Positions 1-11,026 of a stretch of 64,000 bases of DNA are shown in pieces. The stretch lies in contig JBJXFH010000142.1 in assembly GCA_046155365.1 (NCBI GenBank), forward strand, positions 14,600 to 78,599. The letters are read 5' to 3'. The stretch is from Acidimicrobiales bacterium. GTDB taxonomy: Bacteria; Actinomycetota; Acidimicrobiia; Acidimicrobiales; CAIXPF01. A model generated the notes under the pieces. That model was not told the DNA's origin and did not search any database. It saw nothing but the letters and a program-made list of their open reading frames with translations. Each line of letters opens with the position of its first letter. Position 1 is the stretch's first letter. The position numbers were made by a program, and so were the translations under genes.

Positions 1-1286
1 GGCGGCTTGGTGGGGCTGGGCTGCTCTTTCGAGTTGGTTCGCTTGGTCGACCGGGTCCGCTTGGTCCCCGCTGCCGCGGTCACGTCGGTCCCCGCAGCTG
101 CGTTGTTCGCAGCGCCGGCGTTGGCGGCTGCGATGCCGGGGGCGGGGGCGGGGGCGGAACCAGAGCGGCCTTTAGCGGTGGATGCTCGTCGGGGGGCGCC
201 GTTGGAGCGGCTCGTTGCCGGGGTCGGGGCGGCCCCCAACATGGTGATGTCATCTCCCACCGCGTCGGGACTGACAGCGCCGGGCGCGGGGCCGCGCTGG
301 GGATCACTGCCGCCCGGCAGGTTCGGGGTCAGGTGGTTGGTCTCCGGCCCCGGGCTGCGGGCCAGCACCATGCGTTCGGGGGGCACCAACTGCAGCGGTG
401 CCGGTGGGGCCAGCAGCTCGGCGGTGGCCATGAGCCCGGCCCCGAAGCGGGCGGCGCTGATGCGGGCGGCGGGGTCCGCCCGGCCGGCGGCCTCGATGAG
501 CTCGGTGAGCGGGCCGAACACCGCATCGTCCACGGTGATGTCCCGGTCAATGCGGGCCCGCAGCGTGCCCAGCGTGGTGTCCGCGGTGTGCGGCACCCGT
601 CCGGTGACGCATTCCACCAACACCAGGGCCAGCGAATACAGGTCACTGCGGGCATCGATGGGCAACCCCGCGGCCTGCTCCGGCGAGGCATACCGGGCGG
701 TACCCAACACCACCCCCTCGGGCTCGGTCCACGACGCCTCCGCCAGCGCCCGGGCCAGACCGAAGTCCGCGATGCGCAGCCGTCGATCCTCCCCGAAAAG
801 CAGGTTGGCCGGCTTGATGTCACGGTGCACGAACCCCCGGGTGTGGGCGTAGTGCAGGCCCCGACACACCTCCAGCGCCACCACCAGGCCTTGGGAGAGC
901 GACAGGGTTCCGGCCTGGTCCGGATCGCGATCGGTCCCCTGCCCCCGGCGATGATCGAGAACGGCGCGCAGGCTGCCACCATCGAGGTACTCCGTGACCA
1001 GGAACGGCACCGCCTCACCGGCACCGGGTTCGTCGTCCCGGCCCCAGTCGTACACCGCCAGCACGTTGGGGTGGTTGAGCGCCGCCGCCGCTTGGGCCTC
1101 GGCTTGGAAGCGCCGCAGGAACGTGGGGTCACCGGCCAGGCCCGGGTGCAGCACCTTGACCGCCACCCGTCGGCGCAACCGCACGTCATCGGCCATGTAC
1201 ACCTGCGCGGAGGCACCCGAGCCCACCGGGGCGATGAGCCGGTAGCGCCCGGCCAAGACCCGACCGATGAGATCGGCACCGGTCAC
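1..1286 (-). CDS. Hanks-type Ser/Thr protein kinase; C-terminal end lies beyond the left edge of the window
   Basis: Absent from the ORF track because no stop lies in the window. Hand translation of the minus frame ending at 1286 gives GRYRLIAPVGSGASAQVY, VAVKVL, VHRDIKPANLL (about 801-830), ADFGLA and GTARYASPEQ. GTG start at 1284-1286 with GGGAG 8 nt upstream. An Ala/Pro-rich tail stays open to position 1. The listed ORF 329..1279(-) is the wrong frame of the same gene. Confidence 0.88.
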   Translation of the reverse strand, partial: MTGADLIGRVLAGRYRLIAPVGSGASAQVYMADDVRLRRRVAVKVLHPGLAGDPTFLRRFQAEAQAAAALNHPNVLAVYDWGRDDEPGAGEAVPFLVTEYLDGGSLRAVLDHRRGQGTDRDPDQAGTLSLSQGLVVALEVCRGLHYAHTRGFVHRDIKPANLLFGEDRRLRIADFGLARALAEASWTEPEGVVLGTARYASPEQAAGLPIDARSDLYSLALVLVECVTGRVPHTADTTLGTLRARIDRDITVDDAVFGPLTELIEAAGRADPAARISAARFGAGLMATAELLAPPAPLQLVPPERMVLARSPGPETNHLTPNLPGGSDPQRGPAPGAVSPDAVGDDITMLGAAPTPATSRSNGAPRRASTAKGRSGSAPAPAPGIAAANAGAANNAAAGTDVTAAAGTKRTRSTKRTNSKEQPSPTKP

Positions 1287-1454
1287 CGGGCTACTCCCTG
1301 CTCCCCCGCCGGGGCTTGGGGACGCGTTCCTCCGCTGGGGTCCAGATGGGCCACCTTCCTACCGTAATCGGAACGCTGTGGGTAGTGAGGGACCTTCGGA
1401 GCGCGGCGAAGTGAGGCCTGGGGCCAGCCCGGTCCACCGACCGGCGCCACCGCC

Positions 1455-1925
1455 ATGCGGCACCGTCTGAGACCCTGCCCGGTTTTGCTGATGCCGGTGC
1501 AGCACACTGGTGGGGTGCAGCTGCTGCGTCGTCTGGCCTTTCCCGCTCTCATCGTCCTTGGCCTGGGGTTCTTCGCCGTGGCCGGTTTGTTCGGGGAGAC
1601 CGATGACGGCTCCGTGGACACCGAAGAGGGGCTGGAAGGGGTCACGCCGGTCAATCGGGCCGAGGCCCAGGCCCGCCAGATGCCGGTGGTGGCGGACCTA
1701 GCCGCGGGGTACGTGGGGGTGCTGAGCCTCAACGACGTCACCATCCCCGAGGACCAACTGGAACCTGATGACGGCAACAATCGCCTGACGTTCCGACCGG
1801 GACCGGGCAAGGTGGTCACCGGCCTGAACGCCCGGGAGAACTGCGCTGCGGTGACATTCTGGCGTTTCGAGCTGGGGGCATCCACCGCCGGCCCGGCCTA
1901 CCGCTGGTGCTTCAACGTCAGCTGA
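1455..1925 (+). CDS. hypothetical protein with one N-terminal transmembrane helix
   Basis: 156-aa ORF with a hydrophobic segment (LAFPALIVLGLGFFAVAGLF) followed by a non-repetitive soluble part ending in Cys/Trp-containing sequence. Divergent from the kinase. Start uncertain (an internal ATG is possible). No family recognised. Confidence 0.5.
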   Translation: MRHRLRPCPVLLMPVQHTGGVQLLRRLAFPALIVLGLGFFAVAGLFGETDDGSVDTEEGLEGVTPVNRAEAQARQMPVVADLAAGYVGVLSLNDVTIPEDQLEPDDGNNRLTFRPGPGKVVTGLNARENCAAVTFWRFELGASTAGPAYRWCFNVS

Positions 1926-1933
1926 GCCCGCGC

Positions 1934-1978
1934 CCGTTACAGCGTTTTCCGTTACAGGGTTCTCCGTTACAGGGTGAA
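1934..1978. repeat. 15-nt tandem repeat x3 (ccgttacagNgtttt-like) straddling the pmbA stop codon
   Basis: ccgttacag recurs at 1934, 1949 and 1964 (period 15). It lies between the stop of 1455..1925 and the stop of the convergent 1967..3454 gene. Confidence 0.85.
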
Positions 1979-3454
1979 CGTCATCTCCTCCACCAGCGCC
2001 GAGGGCACCCGGCTGGAGGACGTGGAGCGGGCCCCGTAGCTGCTGGGATCGAGCATGACCTCGGCCCGGTCGGTCAGCCCCACCAGCTTGTCCCCCAACA
2101 GATCGAACAGGCTGTCATCGAAGCGCAGCACGTTCACCGGGGCCACCAGCTGACCCCGCTCCACCCAGAAGGTGGCGAAGCGGGTCATGCCGGTGGTGCG
2201 ACAGGCCGCCCGGTCCGAGAAGTTCAGGTACCACAGGTTGCCCACGAACAGGCCCGTTCCCAGCTCCTCCAGGGCGTTGGCGCTGGCCAGCTGACCCGGG
2301 GCCAACGAGATGGACTGGGGCGCCTCCCAGGATCCGGCGCCGTTGGTGGGCACGTCGAACTCCCGGGCGGAGCGCGGTGACACCAGGGATCCCGCCAGTT
2401 GCCCGCCGTCCACCAACACCACCTTGTCCGGTTTGGGGAACCCCTCGGGACCGAAAGCGGGGGCCATGCCGGCGGCGGTGTCCTCGACGATGCGCACCTG
2501 TGGGGCGAAGGCCGCCTCACCCATCAGCAGCCGCAACAGGGGACTCTGGCGGGTGCGTTGGGCCCGCAACCCGAACCCGCCCCAGGACAACATGTCGGTG
2601 AGCTCGACCATGGCCGCTGGTGCCAGCAGGGCCCGATACTTGCCCGGCCCCAGATCGATGGGGTCACGATGGAGGACCTCGAGCTGGCGAATGGACCACG
2701 CCAGCTGCTGCTGGAACTCCGAATCAGACCAGTGTTGGCCGGCGTAGCTGTGCTTGACGGCGCGGTCCAGCCCGCTTCGTTGTTGACCCGGCGCGTGACC
2801 CGGCGCGTGACCCGGCGCGTGACCCGTCGCGTGATCTGATCCGGGGGCTGGCGCCTGGCCGGGCAGATGAAAGGACCAGTCCAGGTTGAACGTGCCGACC
2901 TCGTGCCAGTGGCGTTGACCCAGCGAGCTGGCAAAGCCGGCCAGGGAACTGCCCGAGGCGTACACCCCCACCAGGTCCCCACCCCGACCGGCGTGGGCGA
3001 TGGCCTCCAGCGCCTCATCGGGATGGGGCAGGGCCGGCTGATCCACCCGCCGACGGGGGCTCAGATCCTCGGTGTTGTAGAGCAGGTACGGATCTTCGGG
3101 GAGCAGGGGCAGCTGGTCCCGGAGTTGGCTGCGGGCCCGCTCCAGACGGGCCCGGTCGGCAACGGGTTCACCCGCCAGCTGCACGAAGCACCGGGCGTGG
3201 CGGGCTCCCTCGATCAGCTCCAAGGTGGCGCTGCGCTGGCTGACGGACCCCGCCTGGCGGATCGACCCCCGGTTGAAGCGCACGAAATCGGCGTCTTCCC
3301 CGGCGAAGTTGGCCAGCAGAACCTCCGCCCCCCGCAAGCCCCCCTGCAACCACTCGAACAACTCCTCGACATACTGCTCAGTACCAGACCCCCCGGTATC
3401 GGACCGCGCGGTATCGGACCGCGCGGTATCGGACCTGTTGGTATGGTCCATCAT
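1967..3454 (-). CDS. pmbA: TldE/PmbA-family metallopeptidase
   Basis: 495-aa ORF with PmbA/TldD-family architecture and the typical C-terminal part (GLFVGNLWYLNFSD, TGMTRFATFWVERG). ATGA overlap with upstream tldD. Carries two in-frame repeat insertions (SDTAR x3 near the N-terminus, GHAP x4 in the middle). Confidence 0.8.
   Translation of the reverse strand: MMDHTNRSDTARSDTARSDTGGSGTEQYVEELFEWLQGGLRGAEVLLANFAGEDADFVRFNRGSIRQAGSVSQRSATLELIEGARHARCFVQLAGEPVADRARLERARSQLRDQLPLLPEDPYLLYNTEDLSPRRRVDQPALPHPDEALEAIAHAGRGGDLVGVYASGSSLAGFASSLGQRHWHEVGTFNLDWSFHLPGQAPAPGSDHATGHAPGHAPGHAPGQQRSGLDRAVKHSYAGQHWSDSEFQQQLAWSIRQLEVLHRDPIDLGPGKYRALLAPAAMVELTDMLSWGGFGLRAQRTRQSPLLRLLMGEAAFAPQVRIVEDTAAGMAPAFGPEGFPKPDKVVLVDGGQLAGSLVSPRSAREFDVPTNGAGSWEAPQSISLAPGQLASANALEELGTGLFVGNLWYLNFSDRAACRTTGMTRFATFWVERGQLVAPVNVLRFDDSLFDLLGDKLVGLTDRAEVMLDPSSYGARSTSSSRVPSALVEEMTFTL
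2783..2830. repeat. 12-nt tandem repeat x4 (tgacccggcgcg) inside pmbA, encoding GHAPGHAPGHAP
   Basis: Three perfect copies plus one copy with 1 mismatch at 2783, 2795, 2807 and 2819. Confidence 0.9.
3395..3449. repeat. 15-nt tandem repeat x3-4 (ggtatcggaccgcgc) at the 5-prime end of pmbA, encoding SDTAR repeats
   Basis: ggtatcggacc at 3395, 3410 and 3425; degenerate copy at 3440. Confidence 0.9.
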
Positions 3455-4902
3455 CGGCCTCCGAACACTTCAACATCACGGAACAGCGCCGCCGGGGCCG
3501 CGTGGCCGACCCAGATGACCTGGTTGGGTTCGCCCTTGCCGCAGTTGGGGGTGCCCATGACCTGCCAGGTGTCACGGTTGCCCACACCGTCCAGGCTGCG
3601 CCAGAACGTGGCCGAAATACCCCGGTAGTTCGGGTTACGCACCACCGCGCCCAGGCGGCCGTCTTGGATGAGCCGGCCGTACTCGCAGCCGAACTGGAAC
3701 TTGTTGCGGCTGTCATCGATGGACCACGAGGTGTTGGTCTGCAGGTATACGCCGCGCTCCACCTTGGCCACCAGGTCCTCGAAACGGTCCGGCCCCGGTT
3801 CCACATTGAGGTTGGCCATGCGGTCAATGGGCGGGCGGTTCCAGGCGCTGGCCCGGGAGTTGGCCACCCCCGCCAGGCCCGAGCGGGTCTGGGAGATACT
3901 GCCACCGAGGCCCCGTTGCAAGATGCCGTCACGGATCAGGTGTTCGCGTTGGGCGGGGGTGCCGTCATCATCGAACCCGTAGGACGCCATCTGACCGGCC
4001 ACGGTGGGATCAAAGGTCACGTTCAGCAACGGCGAACCATACTGATAGGTACCGAAGTGGTCCGGGGTGACGAAGCTGGTGCCGGCGAAGTTCCGTTCGT
4101 CGCCCAGGATGCGGTCCAGTTCCAGGGGATGACCGATGGATTCGTGGATCTGCAGGATCATCTGGTCCGGCGCCAAAAGCAGATCCATGGTGCCTTCCGG
4201 GCAGGGGGCCGCCTCCAAGAGCTCGATGGCCTCAGCGGCGATGCGGGGGGCGGCGTCCCCGAACCCGAAGCGGTCCAGCACCTCCAGCCCGCCCTGACCG
4301 CAGAAGGCGCCGGCGCCATAGGTACGGGTCTGGGTGTTGGAGCCCACGTTGGCGGTGGCCCGCAGGTTCGGCAACACCGTGTTGAACGTCTGGCTGATGT
4401 GCCCGCCGCCGTTGGTGATCAGCAGGGTGTCGATGTCCACCAGCCGCAGCGAGGCCTCGGTGTCCACGATGCGGGGGTCGATCTGCAGCCGGGCTTCTTG
4501 GGCCACCAGCAGCTCCACCCGTTCAGCCACGGTGGTATCGGCGAAGGAGCGTTGCACCGGGGAGGCGTAACGGCCCACCGGGTGACCCAACGGGGCGGCG
4601 GTCAGCACGGCCAGACCCGCGGTGCGCCGGGCCCAGCCGGCAGCCACCTCCAGCGCCCGCTGCAGGCCGGCGTCGCTCAGGTCCGACGTGGCGGCGTAAC
4701 CGGAACCGCCGCCGTGCCACACGCTGACCATGACCCCGATCTCGGTGCCGAAGGAGGGCGGCTGCACCACCCCGGCGGTGACCGCCAGGTCCTCGGTGTG
4801 CTCGCAGTGGTAGCGGGCGCTGACGTAGTCCAGGCCGGGGGCCGCCGCCACCATCCGCTCCAGCCGCGGTCCGATGTCCACCGTGTCCGTCACCAGGCTC
4901 AT
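3451..4902 (-). CDS. tldD: TldD-family zinc metallopeptidase
   Basis: 483-aa ORF containing the HESIGHPLELD zinc-binding motif and TldD-like overall length. Forms an operon with pmbA. Confidence 0.9.
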   Translation of the reverse strand: MSLVTDTVDIGPRLERMVAAAPGLDYVSARYHCEHTEDLAVTAGVVQPPSFGTEIGVMVSVWHGGGSGYAATSDLSDAGLQRALEVAAGWARRTAGLAVLTAAPLGHPVGRYASPVQRSFADTTVAERVELLVAQEARLQIDPRIVDTEASLRLVDIDTLLITNGGGHISQTFNTVLPNLRATANVGSNTQTRTYGAGAFCGQGGLEVLDRFGFGDAAPRIAAEAIELLEAAPCPEGTMDLLLAPDQMILQIHESIGHPLELDRILGDERNFAGTSFVTPDHFGTYQYGSPLLNVTFDPTVAGQMASYGFDDDGTPAQREHLIRDGILQRGLGGSISQTRSGLAGVANSRASAWNRPPIDRMANLNVEPGPDRFEDLVAKVERGVYLQTNTSWSIDDSRNKFQFGCEYGRLIQDGRLGAVVRNPNYRGISATFWRSLDGVGNRDTWQVMGTPNCGKGEPNQVIWVGHAAPAALFRDVEVFGGR

Positions 4903-4994
4903 GGCCCGACGCTACTGGCAGTCCCCCGCCAGCCGGTCTCAACCCCTCGTGCCCGCACCGGCACCGGCCCCCTCCCATCGTCCCTTGCCCCGGC

Positions 4995-5054
4995 GACTGG
5001 TCTGCTGATGACTGGTCTGCTGATGACTGTTCTGCTGATGACTGTTCTGCTGAA
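4995..5054. repeat. 15-nt tandem repeat x4 (gactgKtctgctgat) in non-coding DNA upstream of tldD
   Basis: gactg at 4995, 5010, 5025 and 5040. The last unit runs into a 19-mer that recurs at 5484. Confidence 0.9.
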
Positions 5055-5086
5055 CGCTCCTGTCCCGACGCGAGGAACATCGCCGT

Positions 5087-5398
5087 TTACCGGAACACAT
5101 CGGCGTCGCTGAAGACGGCCCGCCACCCTCTTACTTGAATGACGTCGACCGGTTGCCCGTCCACGATCTGGCGTGGCGCGCCGTCCCGGGTGCGGTCGCT
5201 GCCAACAAACGCCGAAACCACGATTGGTCGCCCCACATGGGCATCGGAACCGGCGGCGTAGGCGCTGGTGGCCCAACGGCCGGAGCGGCGGGCACTGTCA
5301 CGGCGCAGCAGATCCCGGCAGCGATTCAGAACCACTCGTTGCAGGTAGGGCCCGGGTTCGGTGATCGTGCTCCACCGGCGGAAACCGTCAACGAACAC
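5087..5398 (-). pseudogene. possible relic of an ECF/sigma-70 family gene (region 2 fragment only)
   Basis: Translation VFVDGFRRWSTITEPGPYLQRVVLNRCRDLLRRDSARR resembles the end of sigma-70 region 2. Two in-frame stops lie immediately upstream (5432-5434, 5444-5446) and no region 4 follows. Flanked by direct repeats at 5040-5104 and 5484-5550. Confidence 0.3.
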
Positions 5399-5596
5399 AC
5401 CGGCCGCGCTCGCGATGCATGTCCTGGCGGCTCAGCCGTCGTCTCAACCGCTGGCCGCTGCCAACCGATGGATCCCGGCTCCGGACTGTTCTGCTGAACG
5501 CTTTCGTTCCGGGACGCGGACCACCGCCGTTCAGCTGAACACGACGATTGATCGGCCGAACGATCTCGGCGAGTGGCACCGATGCGGTCGGGTCTT

Positions 5597-6031
5597 TCAA
5601 CCTGTCCAGGTGATACCAACGGTGTCGGGCAGCGCCAGGTAGGGGATGGCTTCGGCGTGGCAGGTCGCGAGCAGGTGCGGATCCGATGTGGCCAGCGGTG
5701 CACCGGCGAGGCGGGCAACCTCGGCCGCAATGCAGTCGGCGAGGCTGATGGCTCGGGTGCGTCGGTGGTAGTGGCGGGCGCGGAGCAGGCCCGATCGCGT
5801 GGCGAGGTCGTCGTCAACGGGAAAGGGCGCCGCCAGGCCGAGCTGGGCGAGATCCAACACCGCGTCCTCTTCCTCGATCCCCACGAGCCGGACCAGGTGA
5901 TCAATGACCTCAGCGACACCCAGCGCCGTCAGGGCGCAGGCAGGGTCATCGTGCAGCAGCTGCTCGACCCGCTCGGCTGCTGGCTCGTCTTTCAACAGGG
6001 CGAGCACCGCGAAGGCATCCAACACCGTCAT
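5597..6031 (-). CDS. vapC: PIN-domain toxin VapC
   Basis: 144 aa. N-terminal MTVLDAFAVLALL with the conserved Asp, plus later acidic residues typical of PIN. 4-nt overlap with the upstream antitoxin gene. Confidence 0.82.
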   Translation of the reverse strand: MTVLDAFAVLALLKDEPAAERVEQLLHDDPACALTALGVAEVIDHLVRLVGIEEEDAVLDLAQLGLAAPFPVDDDLATRSGLLRARHYHRRTRAISLADCIAAEVARLAGAPLATSDPHLLATCHAEAIPYLALPDTVGITWTG

Positions 6032-6258
6032 CGGCGCCGTTGCTCGGCGGCGGCCTCATCGGCGCGGGCCTGTTTGCGGGCCTGCGCCGTGGACGAGCCC
6101 CGCCCTCGGTACTTGCCCCGGAGCTCACCAACAGGATCGGCCGGCAAGGGACGAAGCACGATGCGGTCGCCGAGATCAACAATCACGACCCGGTCCGTCA
6201 GCCACCGTGCCCGTGTGTCCGCCGGGATCGACACCTGTCCATTGGACGAAACCTTCAT
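6028..6258 (-). CDS. vapB: AbrB/SpoVT-fold antitoxin VapB
   Basis: MKVSSNGQVSIPADTRARW is the AbrB/MazE-type swapped-hairpin motif. ATG at 6256-6258 chosen rather than the longer ORF start at 6378. Basic C-terminal tail. Confidence 0.78.
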   Translation of the reverse strand: MKVSSNGQVSIPADTRARWLTDRVVIVDLGDRIVLRPLPADPVGELRGKYRGRGSSTAQARKQARADEAAAEQRRR

Positions 6259-6283
6259 CACGTAGCTCGATGCCACCGGAGCG

Positions 6284-6320
6284 CTCCCATTGTATAGAAA
6301 GACCAGACTATTGTATACGT
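6284..6320 (-). promoter_or_regulatory. putative vapBC promoter/operator: TATACAAT direct repeat, 21-bp period
   Basis: Read on the minus strand: TATACAAT-n13-TATACAAT. This gives -35-like TATACA, a 17-nt spacer and -10 TACAAT about 30 nt upstream of the vapB ATG. It is an AT-rich island in 70% GC DNA. The 10-bp palindrome GGAGCGCTCC lies just downstream. Confidence 0.4.
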
Positions 6321-6590
6321 CGGTCGACCCTTCGCTCACACTGCCCCGGCGTCGCCCTACGCGCTCTCGTCCCAGCACGCGGAAGATGGGCGTTCACCTG
6401 GACACCTCGGACAAGAAGAGCGAACACACCGACGGGCAGAACCGTCCAGTCCAGCACGCCACACTTTCACGCCAAGTTCGACATCGGACTGGCCTGAGCG
6501 AGCATCCTCAACCGCCCGCCCACTCAGGGACGCGCCTCGTAGAAGTTGTTGACGGCGCCGTCACGGTCCGACGGCCCACCCGAACCTGGT

Positions 6591-8711
<2,121 letters not shown>

Positions 8712-9752
8712 TCAGGCCCCGACGCTGAGCCGGAGCCCGGTGGCCTGGTCGTAGAGCCGATTGGCCAACTCATCCACCAGGCGCAACACCACCTCGGCCT
8801 GTTCCACGGCGTGTCGGCCCAGCCCGCCGGCGGGGGTCACAAGGGCTTGCAGCCGCAACCGGGTCACGTCACAACCGCCCTGCACCAGTGAGCACCACAC
8901 CGAGGACAGCTGCCGCCACAACAAGCCCACTGATGGCCCCAATGGTCCTTCGGTGGGCACCGCGCCCCACGCCAGACGGCCGCCGCGCTCCAGGAATTGC
9001 CCGATGGAGGCCGACGCCGCCACCAGGGACTCATGGGTCTGCACCGGTACCGCCACCACCGCCGGTCCGGTCTCCAGCACCAACGGCCAGTCCACGGCGG
9101 GGTTCATGCCCACCCGGGGGCTGCACCGCAACCCGGTGATGGCCCCCGCCTCCAGGGTGGCCAGCACCGTGGACACCAGGTCCAGCGCCGCTTCCACCGA
9201 GATCGGGAAGTCCGGTTCCAGGCACGCCGGCAGGGTTGGCTCGTCCACGAACACCACCGGTGCCACCCCCGGGGCCCGCCTCCCCACCAGCTCCAACAGG
9301 GCGCGGGCCCGGCTGCAGACGATGGTACGGCTGAGCGGAAAGGCAAGCTCAGGGGCCAGCCCGGCCGAGGTCAGCGCCACGCCCAGGGTGACGGGCCCGG
9401 TGAGTTGGAACTTGGCCGGCCCCTGGCGCCCGGCGATGGCGTCCAAGAACGTGCGGAAGGTGACGAAGGGCTCCCCGCTGAAGGCCGGATCGGAAAACGG
9501 CGCCTCCCGGTCAATGGCGGCGTGGTCTATCTCCAGGGACCCATCGGCCATCACCGACACCCCACCGATACCCCACGCCGCCTGCGGCAACCGGCGCTCC
9601 AACGAGGACCGGTTGGGCAGCTGGGGGGTGGCCGGCAGCTGCGGGTGGCAGCGCAGCACGAAGGCCACCGCGTCCTGGGCCCGGTGGTGGGGCAAGGTGC
9701 CGATCGAGGTGGTGAGACCCACGGCGAGGTCTGCCACCTGAGGTGCCTGCAA
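8712..9752 (-). CDS. UROD/MetE-like superfamily protein (cobalamin-independent methionine synthase C-terminal-like)
   Basis: Conserved actinobacterial neighbour of ligA as I recall it. The sequence has the TIM-barrel-like pattern of that family. The listed ORF start (9995) is an Arg/Pro-rich extension. I prefer TTG at 9750-9752, 9 nt after GGAAGGAGG; GTG at 9737 is an alternative. Confidence 0.55.
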   Translation of the reverse strand: MQAPQVADLAVGLTTSIGTLPHHRAQDAVAFVLRCHPQLPATPQLPNRSSLERRLPQAAWGIGGVSVMADGSLEIDHAAIDREAPFSDPAFSGEPFVTFRTFLDAIAGRQGPAKFQLTGPVTLGVALTSAGLAPELAFPLSRTIVCSRARALLELVGRRAPGVAPVVFVDEPTLPACLEPDFPISVEAALDLVSTVLATLEAGAITGLRCSPRVGMNPAVDWPLVLETGPAVVAVPVQTHESLVAASASIGQFLERGGRLAWGAVPTEGPLGPSVGLLWRQLSSVWCSLVQGGCDVTRLRLQALVTPAGGLGRHAVEQAEVVLRLVDELANRLYDQATGLRLSVGA

Positions 9753-9913
9753 CGTGCGTCGCCTCCTTCCGGGAGCTGGTTCCGGTTGAGCCCCGAGGCT
9801 ACGACACGGTCCGGTGCGGGAAAAAGCGAGGTCCCACGTAGGGACGTTGCCGGGGTGATGCGAGGCGACACCGGGACGATACCGGGGCGATACCGGGCGA
9901 TGGGAACGAGCAT

Positions 9914-10966
9914 GTGGGGGGAGCGGCCGGGGATCCCGACTGGCCGGGCACCGTCGGGTTGGGCCACGCTGCGGGCATCGCCGCCGACGCCCCACCCCCT
10001 GCAGGTTCGTCCGCTCCCGCGGAAGCCGCGCCGCCCGCCCCGGAACCGGCCACCGCCGTGAGCGCCGTGAGGTCGGTGAGGTCCGTGAGATCCGTGCTGA
10101 CGGGGGCCTGGCCGTTGCGGTTGATCTGGTTGGTGCTGCCGTTGAGCACCGGGTCGGCGCTGGCCGAGGCGCTGGAGGGCCGATCGGGCGCCGTGGCCGC
10201 CACCGCCGCCGTGTTGGCCTGGGCCGGATGGGCGTTGGGGCTGGTGGCGGCGCTGGTGGCCCATCCGCTGTCCCTCACCGCGCTGCGGGTGTTGGGCCCG
10301 GCGGTGGCCGCCGTGAGCGGCGCCAGCGTGGTCTCGGGCCGGCCGGGGTGGCCCGTCACCGTGTCCTGCCTGGTGGTGTCGGGGGCGGCGACCGCCCTGG
10401 CGCTGTCCGCGGGCCAGGCTGACCGGTGCGTGGACGCCGCCTCCTATGGGGCCGAGCGGCGCTTCGCCTTGCGGGTGCCCTCGGCGCTGCTGGCGGGACC
10501 GTTGCCGCTGGCGTGGGTGCTGCTGACGGGGTGGCTGGTGGGGGCGCCGATGTTGGCCGCGGCCCGCCAGTGGTGGGCGGCGGCGCTGGTGGCGGTGGTC
10601 GGGGCGCCGCTGGCCTGGGCCGGGGTCCGGGCGCTGCACGGGTTGAGCCAACGGGTGGTGGTGCTGGTCCCCGCGGGCATGGTGCTACTCGATAGGGCCA
10701 CGCTGGTGGATCCGGTGCTGTTCAGCCGCGACGTGATGACCAGCATCGGCCCTGCTGATCCCCAGCGGGTGTCCACCGCCACCGACCTCACCCTGGGCGG
10801 TGCCGGGCTGGTGTTGGAACTGCGCCTGGAACGCCCGTTGCGGGTGCCGCTACGCCAGGGTCGCAAAGGCGGCGACGCCCGTGAGGTGGACTCGGTCCTG
10901 TTCACCCCGGTGCGACCCGGTCGTCTCCTGCAGGCCGCCGCCGGCCACCGCCTCCCCGTGGGCTGA
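9914..10966 (+). CDS. hypothetical polytopic membrane protein
   Basis: Several long hydrophobic segments followed by a soluble C-terminal part. Start uncertain (alternative GTG at 10058). Contains a 9-nt repeat encoding VRSVRSVRS. Confidence 0.5.
   Translation: MGGAAGDPDWPGTVGLGHAAGIAADAPPPAGSSAPAEAAPPAPEPATAVSAVRSVRSVRSVLTGAWPLRLIWLVLPLSTGSALAEALEGRSGAVAATAAVLAWAGWALGLVAALVAHPLSLTALRVLGPAVAAVSGASVVSGRPGWPVTVSCLVVSGAATALALSAGQADRCVDAASYGAERRFALRVPSALLAGPLPLAWVLLTGWLVGAPMLAAARQWWAAALVAVVGAPLAWAGVRALHGLSQRVVVLVPAGMVLLDRATLVDPVLFSRDVMTSIGPADPQRVSTATDLTLGGAGLVLELRLERPLRVPLRQGRKGGDAREVDSVLFTPVRPGRLLQAAAGHRLPVG
10056..10100. repeat. 9-nt tandem repeat x5 (ccgtgaggt-like)
   Basis: Units at 10056, 10065, 10074, 10083 and 10092. 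Confidence 0.8.
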
Positions 10967-11026
10967 CCGCGACGGCAACCGGACCGCGGGGCCGGGCAAG
11001 GTCTTCTCGCTCGGCGGGCGACGTCC

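Noticed and set aside
329-1367. Long ORFs 329..1279(-) and 333..1367(+) listed in the track over the kinase region
   Set aside because: Their translations are Arg/Trp/Pro-rich nonsense. A different minus frame gives a textbook Hanks kinase with all subdomain motifs, so these are out-of-frame or antisense shadows in high-GC DNA.
3502-5112. 536-aa plus-strand ORF antisense to tldD, and similar long antisense ORFs (21943..22938-, 23766..25106-, 31840..32901-, 33047..34981+, 39774..41654-, 44871..46499+, 60180..61244-, 63103..63927-)
   Set aside because: Each lies opposite a gene with unmistakable family motifs. Each has a Gly/Arg/His/Pro-biased, low-information translation typical of antisense frames at about 70% GC. 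No independent support.
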